Origin: an uncultured virus (IMG/VR IMGVR_UViG_3300031673_000018)
Lineage: Duplodnaviria > Heunggongvirae > Uroviricota > Caudoviricetes
Reading direction: 5' to 3' (one strand)
Virus record (IMG/VR): IMGVR_UViG_3300031673_000018
DNA length: 64,000 nt
Below the pieces are notes generated by a model, which searched no databases, had not been told where the DNA came from, and saw only the letters and a list, made by a program, of their open reading frames with translations. Made by a program: the position numbers and the translations under genes. Positions 17,112 to 27,790 of the stretch are shown piece after piece. Every line of letters starts with the position of its first letter. Within the stretch, counting starts at the first letter, position 1.

Positions 17112-19781
17112 ATGGGGATCCCAACTTCAATAACCTTCCATATAGCCTCAACAAATTATACGGCGATTAACAGCCAGTTCGCCAGCGTCTTTATATCGGG
17201 GACGATTGATGCCGGAGTTGCCGGTTTAACAATCTCACTCAGTTATGAGGATCCAGAGGGAAGCGGGGTTTGGGTAGCTCTTGGAAACCTAACAACCATT
17301 ATCCCGGGGTACTTCTCTACTACGGTTCCAATTCCCTTCGGAATCCCTAGAACCGTTAAAGCGAGTTTCGCCGGGGATGCGACATATGATGCCAGTAGCG
17401 AGGAAGAAGAAACCGATGTAATCGGTAGAGGTGAGCAGCAGCTCTCCGCGCTTTTCTGGGTGACGCATTACCCGAAACCCGAGGACATAGAAGCAGATAC
17501 TTACGGGTATGTCCTATGCATCGACCCTAATGGAGTTAGAACCCGAGGACCACGAGGACCTCTCTTCCTTCTCCTCGATGAAGCAGTAGTCAAACCCGGG
17601 CTAACTGATAGGAATGGCTCGATGGCAGGATTCCTCAACGATAACCAGAATTATATCGATGAAGGACCATACACAGGGCAAGTCAAACACTGGGACATGT
17701 ATCTCATCAGGGACGATGCGACCTACATACTTGATGAAGATGAATTCTGGATAGGGATTCAAAGAGGCCCAGACGTTGCGCCATCCGATGATCCTGGAAG
17801 CGATATCTGGCATGCGCTTGGAGGCGGCGATGGGAAGGGCGCCGGAAGACGCTGGCTTATGGGTGGCTACATAACAAAGAGATATTATGTCTATAGCTCA
17901 GACACTAGGATAACCGCAATAATCCGCGGAAAAGACTACATGGATCTCTGGAAAGACCAGCCATTTGGAACACCAGATATCCCGCGGAATTACACTAGCG
18001 CCACGGATTTTGCTCAGATAGCGGCCGATGTCTTAACCGACGCAAACATTACAAGCGGACTCTCCGGTACCCCATTCACGACACATCCTGACTGGTGGCC
18101 TGGAGCAGGCACGGTACCTGCGAATACCGGGGTTTCGTGGGTTAAGGAATTCAAACAGGAATGGTCATCAGATGTTATGCGTAACGGCTGTGAACAGGCT
18201 GGATGGGAATGGCAGATAAACTTTAGGAAACAAGTGATGCTCTACCAGAGAGATGCGGCGCCCCTTGTAGCTCAGCCGTTAATCGAATATGATCGAAACA
18301 TAAGGAATGCCCCTGAAATAGTGATGGGGGAAACAGGGGAGCTCATAACCCATGTTATCGTCACTGATGGCGAAGCGGTCACAACTCCTTCGGATACAGA
18401 CGGTTGGTGTAGAGAACCTAAAGACTGGCCAGATATCAGCAACCCCAATATGGTTTTCAGCGTAATAGATTTCCCTGCGCCGCCGAATATCGATCGAGGG
18501 ATATTCGCAGACCAGTCTCTGACATTCGATGATCAGGGTCATCCTGCCCTCTGCTTCATCAAAGACAATGCTCCCCAGTTTAACATAGCTCAGTCCTTCT
18601 TCTCTGATGCAGCTGGAAACGCCGAATACGCTACATTGAATCTTGACCTGAGAAAATGGCGGAGAATCAAACTCAGATTCAGACACGCCACTAGGAATCC
18701 GGCATATGAATATGGTGGCGGAAGCTATACGGTAGGAACTATCTACAGAATCTTCATCATGACCGGTTACAACACCGGATACTTCTATGATTTCGGTAAA
18801 GGCACATCGAACCCAATTAACCAAAGCCCACAGCTCGTTAATGCTTACACTGACCACGATACAGTAACAGGAACAGGTTACAATGAAATCGAGTTATTAT
18901 TACCAGAGCCAGACATCAACGGTATAGTTTCTGACGCGAACCTCAAAGGCTGGATTAGACTTGGCAATCCCCTTAACATCTGCAACTACCTTAGCTTCTC
19001 AATCATTCAAGCAGAACCTAATCCAGGACCTTATGGCCCGACGCGCACACTCGGAGCCAACATCACAGCAGGCGATGATTTTATTGATATCAATGGCGTA
19101 GACCAGCTGGCTGGATATCCTCCCGGCACAACTTTGGAAACCCCCATCACCCGAAAAATTGAGCTAATCGCAGTACAAGGTGCAGTGAAAGAATCGCTGT
19201 ATGTTCAGGGGATCAATGGAAGCTATTACCCTCTTGGAAAAAATAGTATGATAAGCCCACAGGCCCAGAATAATTTTGCAGCAGCATCTACGGCGCTTTA
19301 TGTTAGGGTGGGTTGGACTATTGCCTTCAGCCAGCTCAGGTTCGAGCGTGCCCTGAGATACGAAGAAGAAGCTCTCTCGCCTCTCGGGCCGCCATACAGA
19401 TACAAATTTGTGACTAAAAAAGAGATGGAATATCTGACTGAAGCTGAATCATACGCGGCAATCGAGTTAGCCCAGGAAGCCGCAGCCAAACAATGGATAA
19501 AAATTGTCGTCGACGGGGATCCTCGAATCACTATTGGATACCGGATGACGATCCGATTAGATCCATATCACTCCAAGGTCTTTCAAAACGTCCCGATGAT
19601 AATAGATGACTTGGAATATAACCTTGAGAACCAGGTTGACTTCTTCATGGAGCTTATGTTAGCCCCGTCGAATAAGACCTCTAAGGCTAGAGCCCTAACC
19701 GAGATGACTGCTTTTGACGTGCTATTCCGAAAAACAGAAAACCTATCAACACCTAAAGAATTAACGAAGGGAACACAATGA
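17112..19781 (+). CDS. Tail tip / baseplate hub-like protein
   Basis: 889 aa after the tape measure; FAGDATY Ig-like start, IRGKDY, and GDPRITIG hub-type motifs. Confidence 0.6.
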   Translation: MGIPTSITFHIASTNYTAINSQFASVFISGTIDAGVAGLTISLSYEDPEGSGVWVALGNLTTIIPGYFSTTVPIPFGIPRTVKASFAGDATYDASSEEEETDVIGRGEQQLSALFWVTHYPKPEDIEADTYGYVLCIDPNGVRTRGPRGPLFLLLDEAVVKPGLTDRNGSMAGFLNDNQNYIDEGPYTGQVKHWDMYLIRDDATYILDEDEFWIGIQRGPDVAPSDDPGSDIWHALGGGDGKGAGRRWLMGGYITKRYYVYSSDTRITAIIRGKDYMDLWKDQPFGTPDIPRNYTSATDFAQIAADVLTDANITSGLSGTPFTTHPDWWPGAGTVPANTGVSWVKEFKQEWSSDVMRNGCEQAGWEWQINFRKQVMLYQRDAAPLVAQPLIEYDRNIRNAPEIVMGETGELITHVIVTDGEAVTTPSDTDGWCREPKDWPDISNPNMVFSVIDFPAPPNIDRGIFADQSLTFDDQGHPALCFIKDNAPQFNIAQSFFSDAAGNAEYATLNLDLRKWRRIKLRFRHATRNPAYEYGGGSYTVGTIYRIFIMTGYNTGYFYDFGKGTSNPINQSPQLVNAYTDHDTVTGTGYNEIELLLPEPDINGIVSDANLKGWIRLGNPLNICNYLSFSIIQAEPNPGPYGPTRTLGANITAGDDFIDINGVDQLAGYPPGTTLETPITRKIELIAVQGAVKESLYVQGINGSYYPLGKNSMISPQAQNNFAAASTALYVRVGWTIAFSQLRFERALRYEEEALSPLGPPYRYKFVTKKEMEYLTEAESYAAIELAQEAAAKQWIKIVVDGDPRITIGYRMTIRLDPYHSKVFQNVPMIIDDLEYNLENQVDFFMELMLAPSNKTSKARALTEMTAFDVLFRKTENLSTPKELTKGTQ

Positions 19782-20080
19782 GCGATGACGCTGAGACGAA
19801 GTTACAATTCCCTGATGTCAGTGAACTTAGACCTACTTTTATGGAGAAATTTGATGAATGGAAGGTCTATCAGAAACGATGCAATTTTGTTGCTGGACGG
19901 GGAATGTACTGTCAATTCGGAGGACACCCTTGTGCTTTCAAACTCTGTCCAGCTAGAATGTATGAGAACCAATACACGATCTCAACAATGGTTTCCGAGG
20001 AAATTACCGGTATAAAAAGCCAGCTGAAGAAAATAGAAAAGCTGCTTAACCAGGTAATTCAAGGAATTAAAAAAGATTAA
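19778..20080 (+). CDS. Hypothetical Cys-containing coiled-coil protein
   Basis: ATGA coupling to upstream gene; last plus-strand gene of the module. Confidence 0.6.
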   Translation: MSDDAETKLQFPDVSELRPTFMEKFDEWKVYQKRCNFVAGRGMYCQFGGHPCAFKLCPARMYENQYTISTMVSEEITGIKSQLKKIEKLLNQVIQGIKKD

Positions 20081-20385
20081 CGGTCAACCTTCTGATTTTT
20101 TACATTTAACTCAGCCTTGATGTCTTGTTGATTTTCGCGTCGAACTTTGAATTGAGCCCTCTGATCTATATAGGCAAGACTCTTTCTTCCAGTCTGGATA
20201 TCCAAATTAGCCAGCTCCTCGAGGAGTTTCACATCCTCTATCATCTGAACAAAATCGATTTGCTGAGCCCTTATTCTAACCTGCCTAACTCCATCGGGCA
20301 TACGTGCAGGGCGATCCCTCAAGTATTTTTTGATGTTATCCCGTTGACTCTCTGGTAGAATATATTCTCGCACCAAATTCCACAC
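20077..20385 (-). CDS. Hypothetical protein
   Basis: 102-aa ORF with protein-like composition and a divergent promoter region. Confidence 0.55.
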   Translation of the reverse strand: MWNLVREYILPESQRDNIKKYLRDRPARMPDGVRQVRIRAQQIDFVQMIEDVKLLEELANLDIQTGRKSLAYIDQRAQFKVRRENQQDIKAELNVKNQKVDR

Positions 20386-20450
20386 GTGTATGAACCACTG
20401 TCACAGAGTGTTTAAGGGTTACGATTTTATATACCCTAGTCTATACATAT

Positions 20451-20879
20451 TTGGTTGAAATGTTCGAGAAACAAAACATCATCATCCACACATGGAATGA
20501 AGTCCTCAGTTATGAGAAATGCTCAGAAGAACTTATCAGAACCCTTGAAGGTAAACCCGTTATAATATACGTTGCTGGCGTGAAACAAAAAATAGGCACT
20601 GTCCGGAAAGCTAGATACGGCGCCTCCGGGATTACAGTCGATCTCGTGTTAGCCACAGACGAAGTATTATCGTTTAATAAAAAAGAAGATGGGACCGTAA
20701 TCTTCAAAGAAATTTACATGAATTACCCGGATGCTGTTCTCAAGGCCCCCAAGATCGTCTTCGATATGGCTGGAGAACAGCCCTTAGATTGCGGAGCATC
20801 AACAGCCCCTGATATACTCAGAGAATCTGAGGAATCTAAAAATATCGGTGGCCCAGACGAAGAGATCACTGAACCTTAG
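20451..20879 (+). CDS. Hypothetical protein
   Basis: ORF preceded by TTTTATA TATA box. Confidence 0.55.
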   Translation: MVEMFEKQNIIIHTWNEVLSYEKCSEELIRTLEGKPVIIYVAGVKQKIGTVRKARYGASGITVDLVLATDEVLSFNKKEDGTVIFKEIYMNYPDAVLKAPKIVFDMAGEQPLDCGASTAPDILRESEESKNIGGPDEEITEP

Positions 20880-22614
20880 TTACCGCGTAGTTTCCTACAA
20901 CCATTTTTTTTAGCCCTGATTTTAAGAAAGTATCCATAGCTATCTCTGCATCCTTCACAATCGGGAAACCATGTAGATTAAAACTGGTATTAATGAACCC
21001 GCTGAAACCAGATTTCTCTCTGAACATCTCGAGAATCTTGTAGTAGTCTCCATTGCTTGCATCAACGGTTTGTGGACGTGCAGTTCTATCGTAGGGGTGG
21101 GTAGCTGCCTTCAACTGCTTATAGCCTTCCTCGGTCGTCTTGAATGCCTGGATCATCCATTTGGCTTTAAGATCCTTCGGATTTTCAATGAGCTTGCCCT
21201 GGTCCTCCTCGAGTATCGAGGGCGCAAAAGGCATCCAGAAATCCCTGTGCTTGATACTAGCATTAAGAAGATCAGTGATACCATGATCGGAGGCCTTCGC
21301 CATAATTGTGCGATTACCCAGCGCCCTGGCGCCGAACTCACACCTTCCACTGCATCTGGCCACAATATCACCGGCAGCCAATGACTCTGCGATCCATTCG
21401 ATGACATCTCTTGGGCTGGATTCCCGGACCTCGACACCCTCCGGCGGCTTATAATCCACGAAAAAGCTTGACTGATCCATGGGACCAAGATACAGATTAC
21501 TGATCGGCTCTATCTTCTCCTTAGGATTCTCGCCGTGCTCGAGGCAATCCTTAGCATAAACATGCATGGCGGCGCCGATACTGGTGGACTCATCGCCGGC
21601 ACTGGGGAAGATGAACATATCCTCGACCTCCTCCCTCTCTGAGATCACCTGGTTTCCTTTCACATTCATGAAGGTGCCGCCGGCGCATGCGAGTTTTACT
21701 GGAGTCTCGTTAATAGACATCATGTCGGAAGCGGAGATAACCCAGTTGGCCATGATTTCCTCAAACCATGCCTGCAGGCTAGCACAGATTCGGTCGAACC
21801 GCTGCTTTTTATAGAGTTTAGCAAGCATCCCATATGCGTAATCGCTGTTCATACTGGAGATAAAACGGGCCTTATGATAATCGACTTGTATCATCTTATG
21901 GAGCTGGTCGACGATATAACGATCAGGATAAGAATACGGGGCCATGCCCATGAGCTTGTATTCATGTTCCCATGCACGGAAACCAAGATAATGCGTGGTG
22001 AGGGAATAGAGCTCGCCAACGCTTCCGCCTCGAGTAGTTTCGCTGAGTCTCTCCATTTCACCGGCATAGCCTTTGCTCACGGTTGAGCTCACACCATCCC
22101 CGGATCCGTCTGCAGTTAATACTAGGACTGAATCCTCTTTGTCGTAATGGCTGCCGTAGTATGCGGTTGCTGCGTGAGCCGTATGGTGATCAACAACGGT
22201 AATCGGTGGGCACTGATCCATTGACGGGAAAAGCTCTGGGAAAAGTATGCCCTGCAATAGATCTAATCTTTCTTTAAGCCGGTTCCGGAAATAGGGATCG
22301 AAGTTCCGCCTTAGGGGCCACGAAAATTTGTTGATAATACGGTCCGTCCTGTTCTTTTCCCAGAGATCCTGTTTCCTAAATCTTGACTCCCCTTTCTTTC
22401 TGAACCAACTGGGCTCATGGATGAAATTAGTTGCGAGTGCAACCTCATCAACATCACGGTGGTTCCTCAGGATCTCCCTTATGGCATTAACCGGCATACC
22501 AGGCATATTTTTTTGATTGACCATCCGCTCCTCCTGGATGGCGCCCTGTAACTTACCATCGACTAGAAGACAGGCTGAAGCATTATGGCCGTCCTGGACC
22601 CCTAATATATTCAT
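20866..22614 (-). CDS. Carbamoyltransferase, CmcH/NodU/TobZ family
   Basis: ILG..DGHNASA, EERM, HHTAHAA, DGSGD, EYKLMGMAPY, EFGARALGNR, PFAPS, TARPQTV, NTSFNLHG. Confidence 0.95.
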   Translation of the reverse strand: MNILGVQDGHNASACLLVDGKLQGAIQEERMVNQKNMPGMPVNAIREILRNHRDVDEVALATNFIHEPSWFRKKGESRFRKQDLWEKNRTDRIINKFSWPLRRNFDPYFRNRLKERLDLLQGILFPELFPSMDQCPPITVVDHHTAHAATAYYGSHYDKEDSVLVLTADGSGDGVSSTVSKGYAGEMERLSETTRGGSVGELYSLTTHYLGFRAWEHEYKLMGMAPYSYPDRYIVDQLHKMIQVDYHKARFISSMNSDYAYGMLAKLYKKQRFDRICASLQAWFEEIMANWVISASDMMSINETPVKLACAGGTFMNVKGNQVISEREEVEDMFIFPSAGDESTSIGAAMHVYAKDCLEHGENPKEKIEPISNLYLGPMDQSSFFVDYKPPEGVEVRESSPRDVIEWIAESLAAGDIVARCSGRCEFGARALGNRTIMAKASDHGITDLLNASIKHRDFWMPFAPSILEEDQGKLIENPKDLKAKWMIQAFKTTEEGYKQLKAATHPYDRTARPQTVDASNGDYYKILEMFREKSGFSGFINTSFNLHGFPIVKDAEIAMDTFLKSGLKKMVVGNYAVTKVQ

Positions 22615-22945
22615 ACAGAACTATGTTCTGTTTATAGAATTTAAGAGGATTGAGTAAAAGTATTAACCAGTGTCACAGCTAGTTCTATGGCTTTCCCCTG
22701 ATGGCCACACATTTAACACATTTGAGAACATAGTCGTCTTCACAGGGCTCATAAACCCGCCTCACCTCGTCTGTCATACAATCACATAACCCGTGGACGT
22801 CGGCTAGAGTTGTTCCATGTAAATCCATCATGTAATTTTCTTCAGTGTATCCGTGTTTTGCCCACTCAGGATCATATTTACCTTTTTCCATATAATTCCA
22901 CTTCCTCAAGTCCAACTAGCATATACTCTAACATATACAAAAGTC

Positions 22946-22961
22946 TATGCCCCGGGGCATA
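22946..22961. repeat. Perfect palindrome TATGCCCCGGGGCATA, copy 2, abutting a 35-bp A/T-only tract
   Basis: Seen directly. Confidence 0.9.
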
Positions 22962-23247
22962 AATAAATAAATAATAAATTAAATAAATAAAATTAGGGTT
23001 CATCTCTCTTTTTTCTGCATTCTCTCCACCAGTTGCACTCAAAGCATGGCCCCAAATCTCCGCTTGGTGACCTGGTTAAAACCATCTTAGATCCTAGGCA
23101 GGAGGGCTCTTTATTGGGATCTCTTGATGGTTCTCTTCGCATCATATTTTAGTCAGCCCACGCCAAGGACATTTCTCACCGTATTTTTTCCAGTTCTCAC
23201 AGCCATCGCTTTCTGAACAGTGTTGAGGATAGAATGGGTGATTGCAA

Positions 23248-23772
23248 TCAGTCAACAGGATATCGCCCGCAGGTATAGTCTTTGCAGACTTGGGGTCTGT
23301 CCTTGTATATGATGCAGTGATATTGATCGCCGTCCTTGGCGAGTTGCAAACATGGTACAGGATTATAGATTAGGATCTTATCGTTTTTGGTATCGAGAAC
23401 CCAGTATCCGTGCGTCCTACCCGTCTTTGTTAAATGCTCAATATGCTTATCTGGGAGAGGCCCATCGAAATCCATAAGCCCGTTTTTGCTGAATGGCATA
23501 TACATGCGAATCTTTTTTTGGTCTAGTCTCCAGTAACCATGAGGGTACTTAGCAAGCATATAGAGCGAATCTAATAGCTTTGGATCACTGATGTTAAGAA
23601 CATAATAGTTCCACGCGCAACAATCTCCGCAGCGTTTACATTCATACCTATCCGAAACCTGTCCCGTGTCCTCGCTTAGCATACTCTTTTGCCTTTTAAG
23701 GAAATCGGTCACGGTTTCCTGTAAACAGGGGTTCCCTGGTAATTCTAAATGTTCTTTATTAGTTGGTTTCAT
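23248..23772 (-). CDS. YkgJ/CxxCxxCC family cysteine-cluster protein
   Basis: ECKRCGDCC...PC..L...CIIYKDRPQVCKDY. Confidence 0.85.
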   Translation of the reverse strand: MKPTNKEHLELPGNPCLQETVTDFLKRQKSMLSEDTGQVSDRYECKRCGDCCAWNYYVLNISDPKLLDSLYMLAKYPHGYWRLDQKKIRMYMPFSKNGLMDFDGPLPDKHIEHLTKTGRTHGYWVLDTKNDKILIYNPVPCLQLAKDGDQYHCIIYKDRPQVCKDYTCGRYPVD

Positions 23773-24533
23773 TCCTTAGTGTCCTCCGTTAGGTCGGGCT
23801 CGCCATACTGTTCGAGCATGTGTGGTGAGGCGTGAGGGCAGGTTGCCCAGTGATATGACTCTTCGCCTAACGCTATGTCTGTCATGTACCATTCACCCTT
23901 CTTAGTTTGACAGAGATCAATGCTCCAGTAGCCACCCACGGCCTTCCCCACGGTTTCAGCTATATCCCCGACATGCTCAAGTTCAACCTGGGTAAGTGTC
24001 TGCATCTCCTTGAGAACAGGATACCAGTTCTCTATTGATGGTTCAAGTATTGCGCGTGGAGGCCAGTATGGGTGCCAGCACTCAAGTTCACCATCTCTGA
24101 CGAACATTCTAAACTCGCGGGCCACCGGCATTTTACCCCCGTGAGATGTGAACCGCCATGTGAGGTCAAGGAACTCCCTGACGGCTATCCCGTAGAAGTT
24201 GGGACCGAAAGACATAGCCGTGAACTCAAGAATGTTGCAGATGTGACTGTATAACTGATCTTCATTCTCCACATAACATGAGTCCTTCCATTCATGCTTA
24301 TTTGATAGTTCATCTGAGCGTATGAATACAGGATAACCTATCTCTTTGGCAGCTTTTTTGACTCCCTCAAGCATGTCAAGGAAGTATTGATCTGGTTTCC
24401 CATCAATTGGTGAATAACTAAGTTTTCCCTTGAATGCACCTTCATGTCTCACCATTATGGTCTTAGGAATCGGTATATCAAGGTCTTTGACCTTGGACCA
24501 CCAATAGAACATACTGCTTTTATCAATTTTCAT
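23769..24533 (-). CDS. ATP-grasp domain protein
   Basis: GYPVFIRS..SNKH.W, AVREFL, EFRMFV, WSIDL..WYMTD. Confidence 0.75.
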   Translation of the reverse strand: MKIDKSSMFYWWSKVKDLDIPIPKTIMVRHEGAFKGKLSYSPIDGKPDQYFLDMLEGVKKAAKEIGYPVFIRSDELSNKHEWKDSCYVENEDQLYSHICNILEFTAMSFGPNFYGIAVREFLDLTWRFTSHGGKMPVAREFRMFVRDGELECWHPYWPPRAILEPSIENWYPVLKEMQTLTQVELEHVGDIAETVGKAVGGYWSIDLCQTKKGEWYMTDIALGEESYHWATCPHASPHMLEQYGEPDLTEDTKE

Positions 24534-24940
24534 TATCCTTCCTCCTCAAAAACAATCCCGGGGGGTCTCAAGTCTTTCTCGGTGATAACAGGCATATCCT
24601 TTAATGTCGTTACGTCATGGTATTTGATTACAGTCTCAGTGATAGCTTCAGACTTCTGCGGATCATGACCTACGATTTCAACATCGATAGCGAATTTGAT
24701 CACTGTTTTAACTTCAACGCAATCATCGCAGATAATGGCTGTCGCCCGCACTCCAATGCGATCCTCCTCCCTCTTCGCCAAGATGTTGCCCCATGTAGGG
24801 AACTCCCAGTTAGCAGCTTTATCGAGAGTGATTAAGTTAAGATGCTTTGAATTCCTCAAAGGATTCTCGCAGGCACAGCATTTACCTAAGGCTATGACCT
24901 CATCACTCCACTGCGGTTGTGTCATTCCCATCCCTCCCAC
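24533..24940 (-). CDS. Hypothetical Zn-binding protein
   Basis: CxxC pairs; coupled in the minus-strand operon. Confidence 0.55.
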   Translation of the reverse strand: MGGMGMTQPQWSDEVIALGKCCACENPLRNSKHLNLITLDKAANWEFPTWGNILAKREEDRIGVRATAIICDDCVEVKTVIKFAIDVEIVGHDPQKSEAITETVIKYHDVTTLKDMPVITEKDLRPPGIVFEEEG

Positions 24941-25605
24941 TTACACGCTGCTGGACGACTGCCCCACTGACGCTTAAAACTCGCACAGTCCAAGCACTTA
25001 TCATCTATGATATGATGCGAAGAGAATTCTCCACGAGGCTCAGCGCAACCATGAGGACAGACTTTTGGAATATTTTGAGAATCTGCCTTATATCCGCAAT
25101 GAGGGCAGACGCCATCCTTGAATCCGAGTTCTTCACATTTAGGGCAGAAATCAACTGTCTGATCTCTATCAGGCTCAGGTTCTACCTCATCCTCTACATA
25201 TTCCGGCTCTGGCTCTTCTTGAGGTATCGGTTTTTCTGGTTCCCAGACTTTGATGATCAGAAGCTTTTCTTCGTCGTTCCAGATAGCCTTGTAATGATCG
25301 GGTGTTATTGGATGGTTTTTGAGGAACTTACGTGTGTTCAACACACAACTGGTCTTTCCTTTACGATTTTTCAAGCAGTACCCTTCTTCTACAGTAGGGA
25401 CAGGCCGGAATCCAATTTCCCCGGTTTCCCGGTTGAGGAATATTTGAACCTTTGAAAAATCATCACGATCGATGTTTTCATTAGGATTTCTGAAATATTT
25501 ATCAACGAGATCCCTCGAGACGGCTATCTCTTTTACCCTGATGCTGATTACGCCAACAAGTGGTGATTTGGCTGCCTGATGAATCTTAACTAATTCCCAC
25601 GGCAA
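24922..25605 (-). CDS. Hypothetical protein with C-terminal Zn ribbons
   Basis: CPKC and CPHC motifs. Confidence 0.6.
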   Translation of the reverse strand: MPWELVKIHQAAKSPLVGVISIRVKEIAVSRDLVDKYFRNPNENIDRDDFSKVQIFLNRETGEIGFRPVPTVEEGYCLKNRKGKTSCVLNTRKFLKNHPITPDHYKAIWNDEEKLLIIKVWEPEKPIPQEEPEPEYVEDEVEPEPDRDQTVDFCPKCEELGFKDGVCPHCGYKADSQNIPKVCPHGCAEPRGEFSSHHIIDDKCLDCASFKRQWGSRPAACKWEGWE

Positions 25606-26019
25606 TTACCTTTCCTCCAATTCATTATCTACTTCTTTATGGAAAAAATCTCCGATGTTCTCAGGAGTTATCTCATCCTGTAAACTCGCTAGTTTCTTCC
25701 TGATCTCTTCTTCAAGGCTAAGAATCTGAGCTCTCAGGCCAATGACATCGCTGGCAATTTCCATGTTTCTGCCGGTAGCTCTATGTAACTTGTATCCATA
25801 ACCAAGGAGTATCCATTGATCTGAATCTCTTTCCTCAATATGTAATTGCACGCTCTCTTCTGTTCTAGTGGTCTCAGGTAACACACAGTACTCTAGACCC
25901 AATGCTTTTGAGAATTTGGCGCCCCCCTCACGATAGATGAGGACCTCCCGTTTTCTAGGAACCGGATTTGGGTTTGGATGGCCTCGAGCCAGGCTGTCTG
26001 GGTGTTCAAAATCTCTCAT
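25606..26019 (-). CDS. Hypothetical protein
   Basis: ATGA-coupled ORF. Confidence 0.6.
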   Translation of the reverse strand: MRDFEHPDSLARGHPNPNPVPRKREVLIYREGGAKFSKALGLEYCVLPETTRTEESVQLHIEERDSDQWILLGYGYKLHRATGRNMEIASDVIGLRAQILSLEEEIRKKLASLQDEITPENIGDFFHKEVDNELEER

Positions 26020-27596
26020 GTTGAGGCCTCCGCAATTTTATATTTATCTCCTTCTTGGATTATGAGTTTGTATCTCTTCTTCAAGCTGGACATCGCCGCA
26101 TTGAATGATCCGCCTTTTACACTGTAGGCCAGTGTTAACGCTATCTGCTCTTTAGTCAAAGGGACACCTATTTTACCGGCAAGTAAAATGACGATCTTTC
26201 TCTCCATCTTTTTGAGTTTCGGAAGCCATAGATCCACCCACGGGATACCTGTCTCTCCAGGATCCTGAATTCTCTGCCTTTTTTTGACGGGGAGCTCATC
26301 TATTTTCCTTTCGATGAGTTTCTCGATTTGCTTATCCGTAAGGGTTGGCCCATTTTTTGGTATTAATTCATTTACTATCGGCTCAATGATGGCTGTAATG
26401 GCTTCCTTAAACAGATCTAAAGATTCCAGCTGCTGCTCCAATTCAGTAAGTTGATCTTCTATTCCCTTCACATTCTCAGGGGAGGTCCACGTGCTTTTTA
26501 ATAGCTGAAGCTCTTCCTCATGCTTTTTTTCGATTTCCATGATTTTCTTTGCGACGTCGGCGCTATCACTGGGTTCTCCTCCTTGTAGTAAGCTCTTCAG
26601 ATCTGATGCGAGTTTAAGCTGTTCACCTTGACGTGCTATTGTTCTCTCGAGGCCCTCGATAATTTTTCCGAATTTATTGATCTCGGATTCCTCGGCGTCC
26701 TTGGCTGCCATAGCTTCCTCGAGCTTCTTCCTTAGATCTTCGAGGACCGGGGCTAACTCAACCTGCACAGGCGCATACTCGATGTCGGGTGTGTCGGCGC
26801 CATGAGGCGTTTTCCTCATCTCGGCTGGAACCGTGACTTTATGGAAGCCATGAACATCATTGATGAAGAATTCGGCGTATTCACCTTTGACGACTTTCAG
26901 CTGCATAAAGTCCTTCTCAGTGATGTTGGTGTTGAGTTTCTTGGCGTAAAACATGACCCCCGTCTTTGAATCCAGATCCGCTGGGGCGGCAAATTTGCCT
27001 AGGATGTGGATGGAAGATTGTGATGTAGGCGTTTTATCTATGTCGGCAGGTCTCTGAGTGATGAGTACCAGGAATAATCCGACCTTGCGGCCTCTCTTGG
27101 CGATGGTTCTAACCGCGTCTCTACAGGATTTGCTGAACCTATCATACATCTGAGGGGCCCACATATCTGCTTCCTCGAGGAAGAGGAAGACTGGTTTACG
27201 GTGACGTTGCTCCCGGGCGTAGAGGCTTCTCAGGAACCTCGAGACAAAGTTTCGCTGCTCCTCCTCTGTCTCGAAGTCGCTGACATTGACTACGAGGTTT
27301 ATTCCATTTGCTAGGGCTGTCTCGACATATTCGGGGATGAACCTGACGTCGATAGGGAGATCTTGGAATGGTCCGCCGATTACCACGATGTTACTGTAAT
27401 GGGCCTTTAGTGTATGCCATTCCGCGACTGGCTCGATGATGATGACTTGACCGCCTTGCTCAATGATCTGCTCTGCGAGTATCGCCGTTGTATTGGATTT
27501 TCCTGCACCAGACATCCCCATGGCGTTGATTCTAACGCCTTCTGCGGCATAATCATCGGTGTCAAGCGTGTAATCTGGGCTTAATGATAGCTTCAT
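26016..27596 (-). CDS. HerA/FtsK-superfamily (DUF87) ATPase with coiled coil and C-terminal winged helix
   Basis: GMSGAGKS Walker A, LFLEEAD Walker B, RGRKVG..LITQRPA. Confidence 0.85.
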   Translation of the reverse strand: MKLSLSPDYTLDTDDYAAEGVRINAMGMSGAGKSNTTAILAEQIIEQGGQVIIIEPVAEWHTLKAHYSNIVVIGGPFQDLPIDVRFIPEYVETALANGINLVVNVSDFETEEEQRNFVSRFLRSLYAREQRHRKPVFLFLEEADMWAPQMYDRFSKSCRDAVRTIAKRGRKVGLFLVLITQRPADIDKTPTSQSSIHILGKFAAPADLDSKTGVMFYAKKLNTNITEKDFMQLKVVKGEYAEFFINDVHGFHKVTVPAEMRKTPHGADTPDIEYAPVQVELAPVLEDLRKKLEEAMAAKDAEESEINKFGKIIEGLERTIARQGEQLKLASDLKSLLQGGEPSDSADVAKKIMEIEKKHEEELQLLKSTWTSPENVKGIEDQLTELEQQLESLDLFKEAITAIIEPIVNELIPKNGPTLTDKQIEKLIERKIDELPVKKRQRIQDPGETGIPWVDLWLPKLKKMERKIVILLAGKIGVPLTKEQIALTLAYSVKGGSFNAAMSSLKKRYKLIIQEGDKYKIAEAST

Positions 27597-27790
27597 TATA
27601 GCTCCTCCAGAAAGGCATCAATGAAGCCTATGAATACTGAAAATGATATGCCTCCGATGCCTAATGAGAGAGATGCGACAAACAATGTAAAATCCCATTG
27701 CCAGAGACTCCAAGCTATTAAACCCCCAGACACAACCGATATCAGCGAAATGCTTCTCCTAAACCATTTCCACTTTGTTTCAAGCTTCAT
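27596..27790 (-). CDS. Small two-TM membrane protein
   Basis: Two hydrophobic segments; coupled stops and starts. Confidence 0.6.
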   Translation of the reverse strand: MKLETKWKWFRRSISLISVVSGGLIAWSLWQWDFTLFVASLSLGIGGISFSVFIGFIDAFLEEL

